DNA of 64,000 nt from Lingula anatina (taxonomy: Eukaryota; Animalia; Brachiopoda). Positions 43,101 to 56,100 of the stretch are shown here, piece after piece (position 1 is the stretch's first letter; every line of letters begins with the position of its first letter). The stretch covers positions 8,564,954-8,628,953 of the forward strand of contig CM120644.1 of the NCBI GenBank assembly GCA_051362555.1, in the 5' to 3' direction. Both the position numbers and the translations under genes were made by a program. The notes under the pieces were generated by a model, which was given only the letters and a program-made list of their open reading frames with translations, searched no databases and was not told the DNA's origin.

Positions 43101-45613
43101 CTATATAATTAAAGTCCCGCTTGCAGTTTTATGCAAAGGGAATCCCATTGTTATTACTAAATACTTAACGTTATTTTTGGACAATGTATTTTTAAATATT
43201 TGTGTGATGTGTTTGCCCATAGATCTTATCTTAATAGATGTAATCTCGGTTTCTTCGGCGAGGTTTCTTTCTACCAATATTCCCAATAATACGCAAGTTA
43301 TTATAAAGGGAAAAGCGACGTACAACATTGCAGCATTTCGGTGATTTTTAATCTGTTCGAATACTGTCCGCTTCCTCCACATTCCTGGGATGATTGGCAC
43401 ATAGACTGGTTAAACCGCGTGCATGTGCATGTGGGTGCCTTTATCAACTTCCTTCCCAGACATCTGGTAAATTTTGGATTCGTATAACCTACACCTGTAT
43501 GCATCACCCGGGCTGAGATGGCCAGGAATTACCACCGCGGTGAAAATTATTTTCCACCACGGTGAAAATTAATTCCCACCGCGGTGTAAATTTATTTTCA
43601 CCGCGGTGAAAATTATTTTCACCGCGGTGGAAATTCCATAAAATAAAATTTAAATGAAAATAAAAAAGTTAATCCCGCACGAAAATGCAGTAGTATCGAA
43701 GTAGCAAAGAAGCATTAACGCAGTAGAGGTGTGGAGCATATTTGCAGTAGAAATGCAGTATAGCCTACTGCAATTCTACTTCAAAAATTACATAGGGTTG
43801 TACAGAGGAGGAGCATTAATGAGTAGATTAGCAGCTTGATAGAAGTATGTTTCAAATATGCTAATTAGCTCCCACATCGAAGCAGATTTGAAGCATGTTT
43901 GCAGTATGATTGCAGTAGTCTACTGCGCTGGAGTATCTACTTCATTTTTGTGCGGGATATGATACTAACAAAGCTCCGTATACGTACCTGCCCTGTAGGG
44001 AACTACTTCAGAAGATTCCTCAGTTAACTCCATCTGAAGTAACAATTAATGAGCTATTCAGAAGGGGCCATTTTTATCTAACGCAAATGAGTAAGTATAA
44101 AAATAAGAGCAATTAACTGTTTTGATTGCTGTCAGCTAGGGAGCACTTGGCTTGGACCTGTTAAGTGGTGGTGTCTGGGCAGTTATGCAACCAATAAACC
44201 AGCCATGTAATCATCCTTAAAAATTCATTACAGGGTGAAAGATTACCAAATGACCGTCTATTTATCTAAAGCCATATCTGTGGATATATTGTGAAAAATT
44301 AATCTGTCGTCATGGTAGAGGGTACTGACGGCTTTTGGTAGGCAGCTAAGGCGGAACTATGTCTCACTTATAAAAAAAACTGTTATTAAAGTTGTTTAAG
44401 GCTTTCATAAAACGTGTAGGAGGCATTGAAAACAACTTGATATCATTTATTTTTGGGACTTCTTTTGAGCCACTTACTTCCATCGATACTGACGTTCTCG
44501 TTCCACAGTTACCTTTAAAGGCAACAACCTGTCGTTTTCATCTATATTCCCAGTCAGAAATTTAGGCGATTAAAGCGCAAAAAAGTTAGCTGAAGTGTAC
44601 AATAAGTTGCAGTTTTCTTGTCAGACTTCTTGGTGTCCAAGGTGGTGGTCGAGGCATCTTGCAACCTCACGCGAGAAATAAAATCGTATTACACGTGATA
44701 CAATGCATTTATATAAAAATGTCTCGTTTCACGTGTGAACGTCGAGGGGGAGGGCAGATATCGTACTAAGTGACCTGTCAGTCATTTAAAACGATATTGT
44801 GAAATTAAACATATAATTTAACATACACGCAGGAAATGATCTTGCAATGGTTCGTGAGTACGGGAAAAATCACAGAAAGAAATTCATTTCGGAAGGGAAA
44901 CATAATTAAGATACATGCATGTAGCCCCAAACTAAATTCAACCCCGTCCAAGTTTGTGGGATGTTTACACTATCGAAATATATACCACTGTGTAAGTGTA
45001 AATGAATATAAGTTTACCAATTCACTTGTGACTGATCCTTGTTGTTTCTTTTAATATATAGGGAACTCAGGATGGGGAGGCACAGGTATCTGCCCTTTGG
45101 AAAGAGAAAGCAAGTAAATCTTTTCGACTGCTTGACGTCAACGGAGACGGGACGGTTAGCAGGTGGGAGTATGTGGAAGAAACAGCAAACAGAAGTCGCC
45201 AGGTCCTGTCCTCCTGGAGAGCCAAGGCTGTGTACGGACTGATGAGATCCGATTGGCAATCTTTGTATTCTTCCGGGATAGATATGAAACAGGAAGTACA
45301 CATCGATAGCTTCGTCGAGGTGTTTAAATGCGAAAATTCGGATTCCGCAATACTTTTTTACAATTTGCAGTGGTGTTGGAATTGGCTTCATATCATTGAT
45401 GCAGACTGTGATGGGGATGTGTCTGAAAGGGAATATGCTAATCTTTTCGTGATATTCCGTAGCACACTGCCTCCGGAAAAGCCATTCAGAGCTCTTGACC
45501 ACGATCACAATGATGTCCTAAGTTCGGAAGAATTCATCATGGGTTGTTACCATTACTCGTATGACCAAATTGATACCAGCACTGCAAGTTTCTTCGGAGA
45601 CCAAGGGATCTGA
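40165..45613 (+). CDS. Secreted EF-hand protein 3 (intron expanded by transposons)
   Basis: Exon 40165-40239 (MCLFTFVLTLMLSSSCYSRKSWIRE) + exon 45062-45613. EF loops DVNGDGTVSRWE, DADCDGDVSERE, DHDHNDVLSSEE. Confidence 0.85.
40788..42785. mobile_element. ~2-kb non-autonomous TIR element (hAT-like termini), 5-bp TSD AATTT
   Basis: Left CAGGGGCGTAACCAG and right CTAGTTACGCCCATG imperfect TIRs; AAAATTGTACGCACAG near both ends; degenerate internal tandem repeats at ~41235-41520. Confidence 0.65.
42815..43978. mobile_element. Foldback-like element with long modular TIRs, TA TSD
   Basis: CGGAGCTTTGTTAGTATCATAT... inverted at 43957-43978; arms extend to ~42970 and from ~43500 and contain repeated palindromic CACCGCGGTG units. 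Confidence 0.85.
43674..43956. mobile_element. MITE nested in the right TIR of the foldback element (CCC...GGG termini, 2-bp TSD AT)
   Basis: CCCGCACGAAAATG ... CATTTTTGTGCGGG. Removing it together with one AT restores the TIR match (GTTAATATGA). Confidence 0.8.
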
Positions 45614-46577
45614 TTAAGGAAAACATTTAAAAGGAAGTTCGTTATCAGCGAACCTTTTGTCTCTTTTTCAAAGCACATTGAGTATTTTTGTTCAGCATCC
45701 TTGCTCATATTCGAAGTGATATTGGGTGATATTTGTTCACGTTGATCTGTCACAAAAGAAAACCTCAAATTTAGTCAATGAAGCAACATTTTTTGCAATT
45801 CAGATTGGTTATCTTAAAATAAACACAACACGTATAAAAAAGGGTGTTGGTGGGGAGAAATATAATGATGCGTCATTATACGTATTTGTAAAGGTTGGTT
45901 CTTAGTTTAAAAAATTGAAACTCACCTATGACCATGTGGAATTTTGCCTTTAGCATTAATTGGCCTCATTAAAAGTGGATAATGCAGCCTTCATGTGTAA
46001 CCATTGACTACTCACAACTTCTGTATATGGCAGGATTTTTTAATATTTTGTAAGAAAAAAATATGAAATGAAACTCGTAGAAACAGATACGTTTGGATAG
46101 ATGAATATGCTGGTAGTTTTACACGGTCTCAGCGTAATTAAGCTACTGGATGATGCATACGACCCAAATGCCAATATAAATGTCAAAACGCGCTTTGACT
46201 GATCATTATGTAACAAGGCATCAAATTAGGAAGAAACCAGGTAAGTAAAAGTTTTCTTAGGGACATTAATGATACATGATATGTTTTCGCATGTACAAAC
46301 GTAACATAACTTATTTCGAATTCAATACCGTAGAATTTTAGGTAAATACATATGTAAGTTATGAATAACAGCTATTTAAAGAAATCAAATATTGTATTTC
46401 AACGTAAGGTCGGTCGGAAAAAATGTATATCTGCACGAGGTTAATACTTATCATCCACAAATCAGATGTGGATTTTTTTAAAAGTTGAATAATAGCCAAA
46501 TGTGATTCAATCGTTAACTATATCTATAATAAGACTTTTCGTGATTGTTCTTAGAAAGAAAGGGATAAATTTTCACC

Positions 46578-47520
46578 ATGCACCTGTCAACCTTCGTGTT
46601 TACCCTTGTGCTGTTTACCAGCTGTAATGCCACTGGCCACGAACCAAGGACAAGTGAGGTGAGTTCTGTGTGAGCTCTTGATACAGGTGTTGTGGGTTTC
46701 ACTTCAGTCTCTTGTAAAGTTGTCAATATGTTTTACGGCCCATCAGATTTGATGTATTTTCACATGAAATTGTCCTATGTAAAACAAGCTGAAAATGTGG
46801 GTGAAGGCCACGAACACCCAAGTGATGTATATTAAAATGCACAGTGTATATTTAAATTGTGAAATTCTCTTTTTTCTTAGACATGTTGGGTATGCATATG
46901 GCCTAAAGGACCTTTGAATACATGTAAATATCACTGTAACCGACACTATTGTAATCAATAAGCAACACTGATGTTTTCTTTAAATATAATAGGATAATCA
47001 ACATAAGAAGTTATCTGATCTTTGGAAAGAAAAATGCCGCGTGTATTTTCGAATGTTCGACGCCAACGAAGATGGGATGCTAAGCAGATGGGAGTATGTA
47101 GAGGAAACAGCAAAAAGAGCTGGTCAGGTTCTGTCCTCCTGGAGAGCCAAGGCTGTTTACGGAGCGATGAGCGCTGATTGGCAATCCTGGGCTCCTCCCC
47201 AAAGATTGAACTTGAGCTTCGATGAATTTCTTCAAATATTCGGATCAGGTTGTGACGACACAATGATTTTTTCTCAACTTCAATGGTGTTGGGACTGGTT
47301 CTATATTATTGATGCAGATTGTAATGTAGAAGTGTCTTCCGAGGAATATGCAAACCTTTTCATCATCTTTCGTAGCACAATCCTTCCAGAGGAACAATTC
47401 CGAGCACTTGACCATGAGGGCAATGGCGTACTAGGGGTTGAGGAATTTATTTCGGGTTGTTACCATTTCACATGTGAACAAAATGACACGACCACAGCGC
47501 GTTTCTTTGGACTGTACTGA
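46578..47520 (+). CDS. Secreted EF-hand protein 4
   Basis: Exon 46578-46658 (MHLSTFVFTLVLFTSCNATGHEPRTSE) + exon 46993-47520. EF loops DANEDGMLSRWE, DADCNVEVSSEE, DHEGNGVLGVEE. Confidence 0.85.
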
Positions 47521-47959
47521 ATCCTGGATTACAAACTTTTGGACAAAAAAGAGTTCCTTTTCAGCTGACATTAACATTGTCTATCTTCTATATGGTATTT
47601 GTTTCAAGAACAACCATGGAGTATTAGGTTTAACTGTCGTGTTTTATCATTCAGATGTATTCAGTATATATTTTCCTGAAAATGTGTTTTGATTTGTCTT
47701 TTTCCGACAAGAACTAAAAAAAAGTCGGTCACTTTTTCCAATCCTCATATTAAAATTATTTTTACTATTATCTAAGAATGAAAGAACTTGGTTCTCAATT
47801 AGTTGTCCAATATTGTTTGCTAAACTCAAATTTATATAATCTAAAGAGTCGCTTGGGAATTACAATTGACAAAATACTTTATAAGTGGAAAGAAAAACAG
47901 AAAAGAAAAAAGACATCACCGATGACGTATAAATTTACACACTGTTTACAAGTTGTTCC

Positions 47960-48235
47960 CATGCTGTGCTTTCTGACTTGTCCCCATCGTACCCGTTTGG
48001 AAATAGGGCCGTTACGCGACGACGCCATTCTGTGCGGTCTTAAGCTACTTTACAAGCCTCGCCCCAAGGTCAAACCCATCTCCTGGATCGATTTTTTGGG
48101 ATTCTTCACTGCTTCATCCTGAGGACATGGCCAAGTCAATTCAGATGACGGCATTTTATTTCACGTACAGTGTTGTTGGAAACCGCTTTGTGATAAAGAT
48201 CTTCGTTGGATATCTTTTGAGGCCAAAAGATGCAC
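47960..48235 (-). mobile_element. Degenerate 3' fragment of an RTE-like LINE
   Basis: Minus strand reads ...RHLN*LGHVLRMKQ*RIPKK..., resembling the W.GHV.RM...R.PK tail of RTE ORF2; contains stops. Confidence 0.5.
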
Positions 48236-48250
48236 TATATCTTTCACAGG

Positions 48251-48493
48251 CAGTGGCGGATTTAGAGGGGCGGTAAGGGGGACCAGACCCCCCCCCCCCT
48301 TCGATTTCTGGTCCCCTCTTGACATTAGAATTTTGACTAACTGAATCATAGTTCTAATCCGTACCAAATGGCACCGTTCGCCCTCTCAACTACCAAAATT
48401 TTAGGGGGCCTTCAGCGGGCCCCGAACCCCACGCCAGTTTGGGGGGTCAGCTTCCGCGGACTCCCCCCTCAAATAATCCTGGATCCGCCCCTG
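48251..48493. mobile_element. MITE of the same family as 36440-36691, 6-bp TSD CACAGG
   Basis: CAGTGGCGGA...TCCGCCCCTG termini; CACAGG at 48245-48250 and 48494-48499. Confidence 0.8.
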
Positions 48494-49359
48494 CACAGGC
48501 ACTCGTTGTGGAAAACACTGACCTTATCTATGTCCGCCAACACTGAACATTAACAACACTTAAGACGTGGACAATATAAGGGAAACACTTTAAAGAAATG
48601 CGTATGCTTTTAAAAATAAAGCAAACGATGATAAAAAAGAGGCATTACACGAGCGTTCAGAAGTTAAGCAGAAGTAAATACTGAAATTACCTTAAAAAAA
48701 GCAAAAGAGTTAAAGTTAGGTTATCACCAAAATGATCCCCATGGTACTTAAGTCATTTGTTAAAGTTGAATTTGTGAGGGTCTGCGGTTGAAATACCCAT
48801 TGGTAGTAATTTTTGAAGGAGTAGGAAAATTTTCCACGGCTCCAGCAATGATTTAGATGTCAACTCATCTCCTTTTTTCGTACATCTTGTTGAAACACAC
48901 TTTTTTTCTTTTTGATTTAGCCAATATTTAGATCATTCATGAAAAACAAACAGCAGTTATGTCTGTAACCTGCATTATATGTTACTTATATATATTCTTC
49001 CAGGAAGGCCTTTGTTCGAAACAAACACTGAACTTTTTGTCCTGGAGATGTAACGGCTGCTATAATGTAATGATATAGTGGTAGTCGAGTGTGGCGCTTC
49101 TATGTAATTGAATGGAGGTTTGATGTTTGCAACACGGCCTCATTTGTGTCGTTATCTTTCAATGACATAACAACTGTGTCAAATAGTACGCCATATGCCG
49201 GTGCTACCCGACTGCACGTGGAAATTCTTACATGCAAACGTGACAAGACTGCTGAAATTGATTTTATCTAGGAATCACCCAAGATTTTAATAAAAAATAA
49301 TTGTATTTATTTTTGCAACTAATGACATATCGTATCTATTAAATATTTCATGGGTGTAG

Positions 49360-49440
49360 ACAAACACTCAGCCATGTTACAAATCCTTCTTGACCTGCCA
49401 GCAGCTTTTGATACGGTAAACCATCAATTATTTCTAGCTT
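49360..49440 (+). mobile_element. Short LINE RT remnant (L2/CR1-like)
   Basis: Translates as KHSAMLQILLDLPAAFDTVNHQL, matching the RT motif LLDL..AFDTV.H. Confidence 0.5.
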
Positions 49441-49909
49441 TCCTAGAGGAGAACATGGCACCTTGTACCCGGGTAGTCAATCATTCGCAATTGAAGCATT
49501 TTTGTATTGGTTCAGCACCGGTTTGATAACATTCTGCCTTTATCATGAAATGTTGCAACTTTGACAGGGAACATCGAGCATTAAAAAGTTGGTAAAAAAT
49601 TAATCGGTGACATACTTTTAAGCGCCCCTGAGACATACACCACATATGGCAAACCCTATATACATTTAGGACTACGCCACTAACAGCCATGTGATACATT
49701 TTTTTTCATAAAAAAAAAAATACATGGACTCTTTTATTCGTAAAAGACCCTTCCGGCTAGAATAGATGAACAAGGCAGCAAAGCTGTCAAATGTACAGAC
49801 AAAAAGCAGGAAATAACAAAAAAGGCTACTGTCAATTCTGATGCTAAAGTACATTATGTTAAACTGCAAATTCAACATCAAATTTTAATTATGCTCAACA
49901 GGTAAAATA

Positions 49910-51851
49910 CATCTGTGTCTGTACATAAAAACGGCATTTCTTAAAAATAATGGCCCGATTATGCTGATTTTTGAACTCAACCTGCGATTTAGCAGGAATG
50001 ACCACTCCTGTGAGTTTAATGACAATTGGCCTATCTGTTTTTCTTATATTGTGTTTACAGTGTTGCATATATATGCTGAAAAGTGAAAAAAAAAAGCATA
50101 ACTACTAAAATAGTGGCCCGATCATGCCGATTTTTGAACTTGACCTGCGTTTTAGTAAGATCAATTACTCTGCATTTTAGTCCTGTATTTCTTTTTTGAA
50201 AGTTTGACAATCATAAGTAACATGGTTTTCCCATAATGGTCATCTTGGCAGCAGCACCCAAAATTGTTTTCTTCTATTCTGATGCAATATTACATAATGG
50301 TTAACAGCAAAATGACCGTTAATTTTTAATAATAAAATACATGTATCATGGATTTTCAGAAAATGTGACTAGCATGGGTCTTCAAGCCCGTGGAACATGC
50401 CGATTTTCGAACTTGACCTGTGTTATAGTAAGATCAATTACTCCTGTGATTTTCATGACAACAGGCCTATCGGTTTTCCTTAAAATGTGTTTACAGTGTT
50501 GCATATATGCTGAAAAGTGAAAAAACAGCATAACTTCTACAATAATGGCTCGATCATGCTGATTTTTTAACTTGACCTGCGTTTTATGAATATTCATCAG
50601 CTCTGTAAATATACAGCCAAAAAGTAAAACTGCCTTCCACTTATCATGTTTACAATGAAAGTGCACGGTGTCGGCACCGGCGACGACGGCGACGACAGAC
50701 GCAGGTGATGGCAATATGTATAGACACATCTGTACATATTTACTGTACTGTTTGAGAACAGTAAGTGACATGGTTTTTCTTACATGGTCATCATGGGAGC
50801 AGTGCTCAAAATAGGTTTTTTTTTCAAATTTTGATGCAATATTACATAATGTTTAACAGCATAATGACCATCAATTTTTAATAATAAAATATTAGTATCA
50901 TGGATATTCAGAAAATGTGACTAGCAAAGGTCTTCAGGCCCATGGAACTTCCAAGTCACAACTTGAAAATGCCAGAATGTAAACAAGACAGCACTGTTCT
51001 GAAATGTTTTTTTTTCCATTTTTAACACTTTTTTTAACATAAAACAAAATTAACAGGTTACTGCCATTTTTATACGATCAACTAAGAAAATTGATGAGAT
51101 GGGAAAAATATCAATACAACAGTGTTAAATGTCCAATTTCCTCCATTCTGAGATTCTGAACATAGTGAATGATTGAATCTGACAAACTGCAATGATATGA
51201 GTTTATTTCCATTTTTGAAACTTTATTACACAATACACGATAACAAGTTTACCATCATTTTTACACAATCAACTAACAATGTTGTAAAGATGCAGGAAAT
51301 GTCAAACAAACGCTTTTACGTATCTTATTAGTTCATTAATGAGACTGTTAACATGCCTAAGAGTTGAGTCTGAGGAAATTTGAAAAAACAGCATAACTTC
51401 TAAAATAATGGCCCGATTATGCTGATTTTCGAACTCAACCTGCGTTTTAGTAAGATTGACCACTCCTGTGAGTTAAATGACAATTGGCCTATCTGTTTTT
51501 CTTATATTGTGTTTACAGTGTTGCATATATGCTGAAAAATGAAAAAACAGCATAACTACTAAAATAGTGGCCCGATCATGCCGATTTTCGAACTTGACCT
51601 GCATTTTAGTAAGATTGATTACTCCTGTGAGTTTCATGACAACAGGCCTAACGGTTTTCCTTTAAATGTGTTTACAGGGTTGCATATATGCTGAAAAGTG
51701 AAAAAACAGCATAACTTCTACAATAATGGCCCGATCATGCTGGTTTTCGAACTTGACCTGCGTTTTATGAATATTCATCAGCTCTGTAAATATTAAGCCA
51801 AAAAGTAAAACTGCCCTCCACTTATCGTGTATCTGTGTCTGTACATAAAAA
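49910..51851 (-). mobile_element. Cluster of rearranged HINE/Helentron-like non-autonomous elements with ~80/160-bp core repeats
   Basis: Reverse complement of 61506-63200 in several partial copies; terminal motif TTTTTATGTACAGACACAGAT on the minus strand at 49931 and 51851; microsatellite block at ~50670-50740. Confidence 0.7.
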
Positions 51852-53159
51852 GCGTTCGGGATATGCTTCAGAGGGCCAATTTCTTGAAGTATGAATTATT
51901 CTTTTGCATAATTACAATTTCATGTTGTATTTAAAGCGCTCTACGTAGCTATACAGCTCAGCATGAAAATGTATCAAAGGCTTGGGAGAATTTTAAAATA
52001 TCTTTATTTTCAGCAAAATTGCTCAGTAGCTTGGTAGATGATATTTATTTTGAACAAGCTGTAACTATATGTAAATAGGTCCTGGCTGCTAAATCAGCAA
52101 AAACTAAGGTCAGTCTTATGAAGACCTACGGCTAGGATGACCGCAAGCTAACGGAAGGTAGAGATTTTAACATCTACGACCTTTATCCTCAGTTTCAGCA
52201 CATTCCCACCTCTGTCCTCTCTAAAGCACCATCTTGAATGAAATAAAATATTAGGCCATGAAAACGTCTAGCTTCACAAGCAGTTGCATAACTGAATAAA
52301 TTATTCAAAATCTGAATAGCACTAACTGACCATTAGACATATACTGTACTTTAGCACCTTTGTATTTCACTCTCACAATAAAGCGAAGATACAAGCTATG
52401 TGTCACTTGTACACTGACATTCATTGCACACCTAACACAAATATTTATGCCAAACCTAATGGCAATTTTACGTCCGTTGTACCTCTTTCAAAAAGCAAAT
52501 GCACACTTTTTTGACATACAAATAGGTGTACCACGATTGAATAAACAGTTGATATTCCTTCACAAATAAGTTAAATGTTGCTGCAAATGGCGTTTCATTT
52601 CCAATATGCACATAATAACATTATCTTCCATCCCCCTGGCTGACTAAACTAAGCGTCTTCTCTTTGATGGTCAAAATAACACCTATCTTTTCATCCGGTT
52701 TTCTGAATAAAAAAAAAAAGACCAATACTTCACTATCTTACCATCAGTATAACTTACAGCAATTAGCTAAATACTAGTATAAGCACAAAAATAAACTCCA
52801 TTCTGTTTAAATGGTACTGCTACAATGCAATATAGCCATTAGAATCCGACAGGGTTGTCTTGTTTTTCAACTTCTTATCTCCTACATCTTTTAAAGATAT
52901 GAACTATTTTCTTTCCACAGTTGTGTAACATACTCCCTCTCAAGTCAAAAAATTGCTGGCTCAAAAAGCACATTTGGCAACTCCATTGTATTATTACATT
53001 AAGTTTTTGCAACTTCAGTTTGTTCATTCCCCATTTCTTTTGCTTCTTCTTTCATGGACGTAATTTTTAAATGGACACTCCGACCACTCCAAAAAATCAC
53101 ACATATGTTGAAAACACATGTTGAAAACAATTGATCACATTCCTGAGATTCATGTTGGT

Positions 53160-56100
53160 TTATTTCCTCTTACTGACAGTCACCCAGACTTCGTCCTCAG
53201 GGTGAGTGACCAATCCGTAAATAGGTGTCGCCACTATACCTTCCACCATGTGCACCTACAAGACAAGACATGGCAGTTTTTATCATACAAGGCCAGAGAT
53301 TTATGTTAAAGTAGTCCAAATTTGAATCTAGACACGGTCATCCACCCATAGCAAAAAGGAGAAAAAACATCAACAACAAAAAAACTCCTTAGGACGACCT
53401 CATCAGTCAAATATTCACGGCAATTAAAAAACAATACAAGTGCCTCCTTTGTGTACACTTTAGCAAGGTCGAGTACGTAGCAAATTTGGTGTGACAATTA
53501 AAATCTGTCAATCAAAAGTTTGGAAGAAGTTTACAGCAGTAAATCTAATCAGTCAAAATCCTAAGGACTTACTGTGAATTTTTGCAGCAGCACTGCCACG
53601 ACAGAGCAGATTTCTATGTATGTGTATTTGAATCCTGGGCATCTTCTGCGGCCAGCAAATCCAAACGGTTCAAAACAAAACAATGGGAGATCAGCCTTAG
53701 CATCTGCTGAGAAACGATCTGGATCAAATCTGAAACAGAGATAGTAAGTTACTTTGTATTTCTGAGATAATGAATTTCACAGAAAGGCTAGAAACAATTC
53801 CAATATTCCCCTTTTATGATCCGTCTGTGAGACTTAAGTTTTAGCCAACATTTTACTATACATGTTCAAGTAAAGATTTCAAAAAGCTTTACATTTATCA
53901 ACATTGTTGGTCTCTAATTTGGAGAAATACGTGTACATCAGAATGCTCACTTAAATCATAGCCATGTTTCCATTCAGCTAGGACATAACTCAAACTGTCC
54001 CATTTCAGTAGTGCCACTAAATATATTGAGCCTCATATTGTCAGCAAATCTAATCCTTTTTACATCACCAGAAGTCTGTAACTGTGAATTGTCACGTGTC
54101 CTTATCATGTTCTTCAGAGGTGGGGTAAACATAAGGTAATGATACTGTGTACTATAAAAGGTCAAACAAATTGACTAGAAGCAAGCTATGAAGCCGTGCT
54201 CAGGAGTGACCAGAAACAGTCAAAATTTGATGCCATACCAGTAAATAAAGGGCTCCATCTCATCAGTCTGGACCAGAAACTTTTAGACAACACGCCCTTT
54301 GGTACATCAGGGCCTTAGAATATATGGTCCCAAGATTAAAAAAAAAATAACAATCAGTTATTGAGCAAATTACATGATTCTACTGGGCATTCTGCAAAAA
54401 GTGTTCAAACCACTGACTGTTCAAACTCTCCACTGCTTTGGTCACTGTGGGTCACTTACTTGTTAGGTACTGGCCACAAATTCTCATCTTGTAACACAAC
54501 TCCAAGAGCCTGGATCACTGGGGTCTGTAAGGAGACAAATATTAACACTCAGCACATTTTCACATGAAAAGCACCTAGGTACAATAGATCTACCCGCTAG
54601 ACTATTAACAAACAGCGAGACGAAGAATACTGACTTTTTTTTAACCACATATAAAATGCTTGTTATTTAGGTTTACACACACATACACACACACACATAA
54701 AGATACATATAACATTGTTCCTTGTAATTAGTATTTTTTTCAGAAAACATGATCTAGCAATCTAATGGATAATCTTTATTATATACAGAACTCACATTTT
54801 TTACAATTTTATGACCTGCCAGTTCTGTATCAAAGTCCTGTTGCCTAGCAACCCATGTAATAAGACCAGCACACCTTAAACTTTCATCTATAACTTGGTG
54901 GAGATATCTGAAAGACAATGATATCATATTATTACCGTGATCAATGAGTGGCAGTATGGAATTATCCATTACAGATAATTATCCATTATCTGTCCCTCCA
55001 TTTTCCCCTATCTCTATAAAACACCCTCGTTCATTTAAGCAACATCCCCTACCCCCCCCCCCCCCCCCCAACACTCCATTTCACAATGATGTAACAAACC
55101 CTCCCAGCCTCCCCACACAATTTTTTTACCACTTGTTCAGCAGAACTGGCTTTGTTTCTTACTTCAATCTGTGTATGCTGAGTGCTTAGCAAGGAGACAA
55201 CAGGTACCATATTTATGATAGTCTTAGGCATGACCCGGCCAGGGATTGAACCCATGATCTACTGCACAAGAGGCAAGCCATCTGAGTCATTTGGTACACA
55301 CACTTACTCCATTTCTCACTGATGAAACAACCTCCCCTCCCACCCCACCCCCCAAACACACACACACTTACTCCATTTTGCTGATGTTGGAAGGGTTGAT
55401 CTTCCCCGTCTCCCCTAGAATACTTTTAATCTCATCATAGACCTTCTGTTGGACATCTTGGTGGGTAGCCAGGAAGTAGATCAGCCAGGACAACACTGCA
55501 AGGAAGCCAGGTTTTTAATTGTTCTGATTGTATTCCTAGTCTAAGACCCCATTCCCATACACACCACCATCAGTCTTCACTGATCAACCTGACTCACTAA
55601 ATGCAATCACTTTAACTGAATGACATGCCTTCTCTTGTTCCAAACATATTTGTATAATCACCAGCTTTTCTGTATTCTAACTAACACCATGAGAGGCGTG
55701 TCATTCAGTTGAGCTGATTGCAGACAGCGAGAGTACCTGCAGAGTTGGGACAATCCACTTAGACCGCTGGTGTCTTTTGGGGACTTATGCTATGCCATGA
55801 TTAAAATGATGCTGACCTCAGCTGCTCAATGGTGACATGGTCAAAAACAAAGATCTACAAGTAGCCAAATTCCCCATAGCATTTATTGATGGTTTTAATT
55901 TTACAGATTATCATATAATTTCATGAAATACTTAACATATTGTAATGAAAAAAATCTAAAAAAAAATTTAAAAAAAGGTCAGAATAATTCTGCAATACAC
56001 TCACAGTTTCCAGTAGTCTGAAAGCCTATCCCCAGATATGTGATGGAGTCACTGAGAGCCTGTGAGTCAGAATGCATGGCAGCTGTGCTCAGGAAACTGG

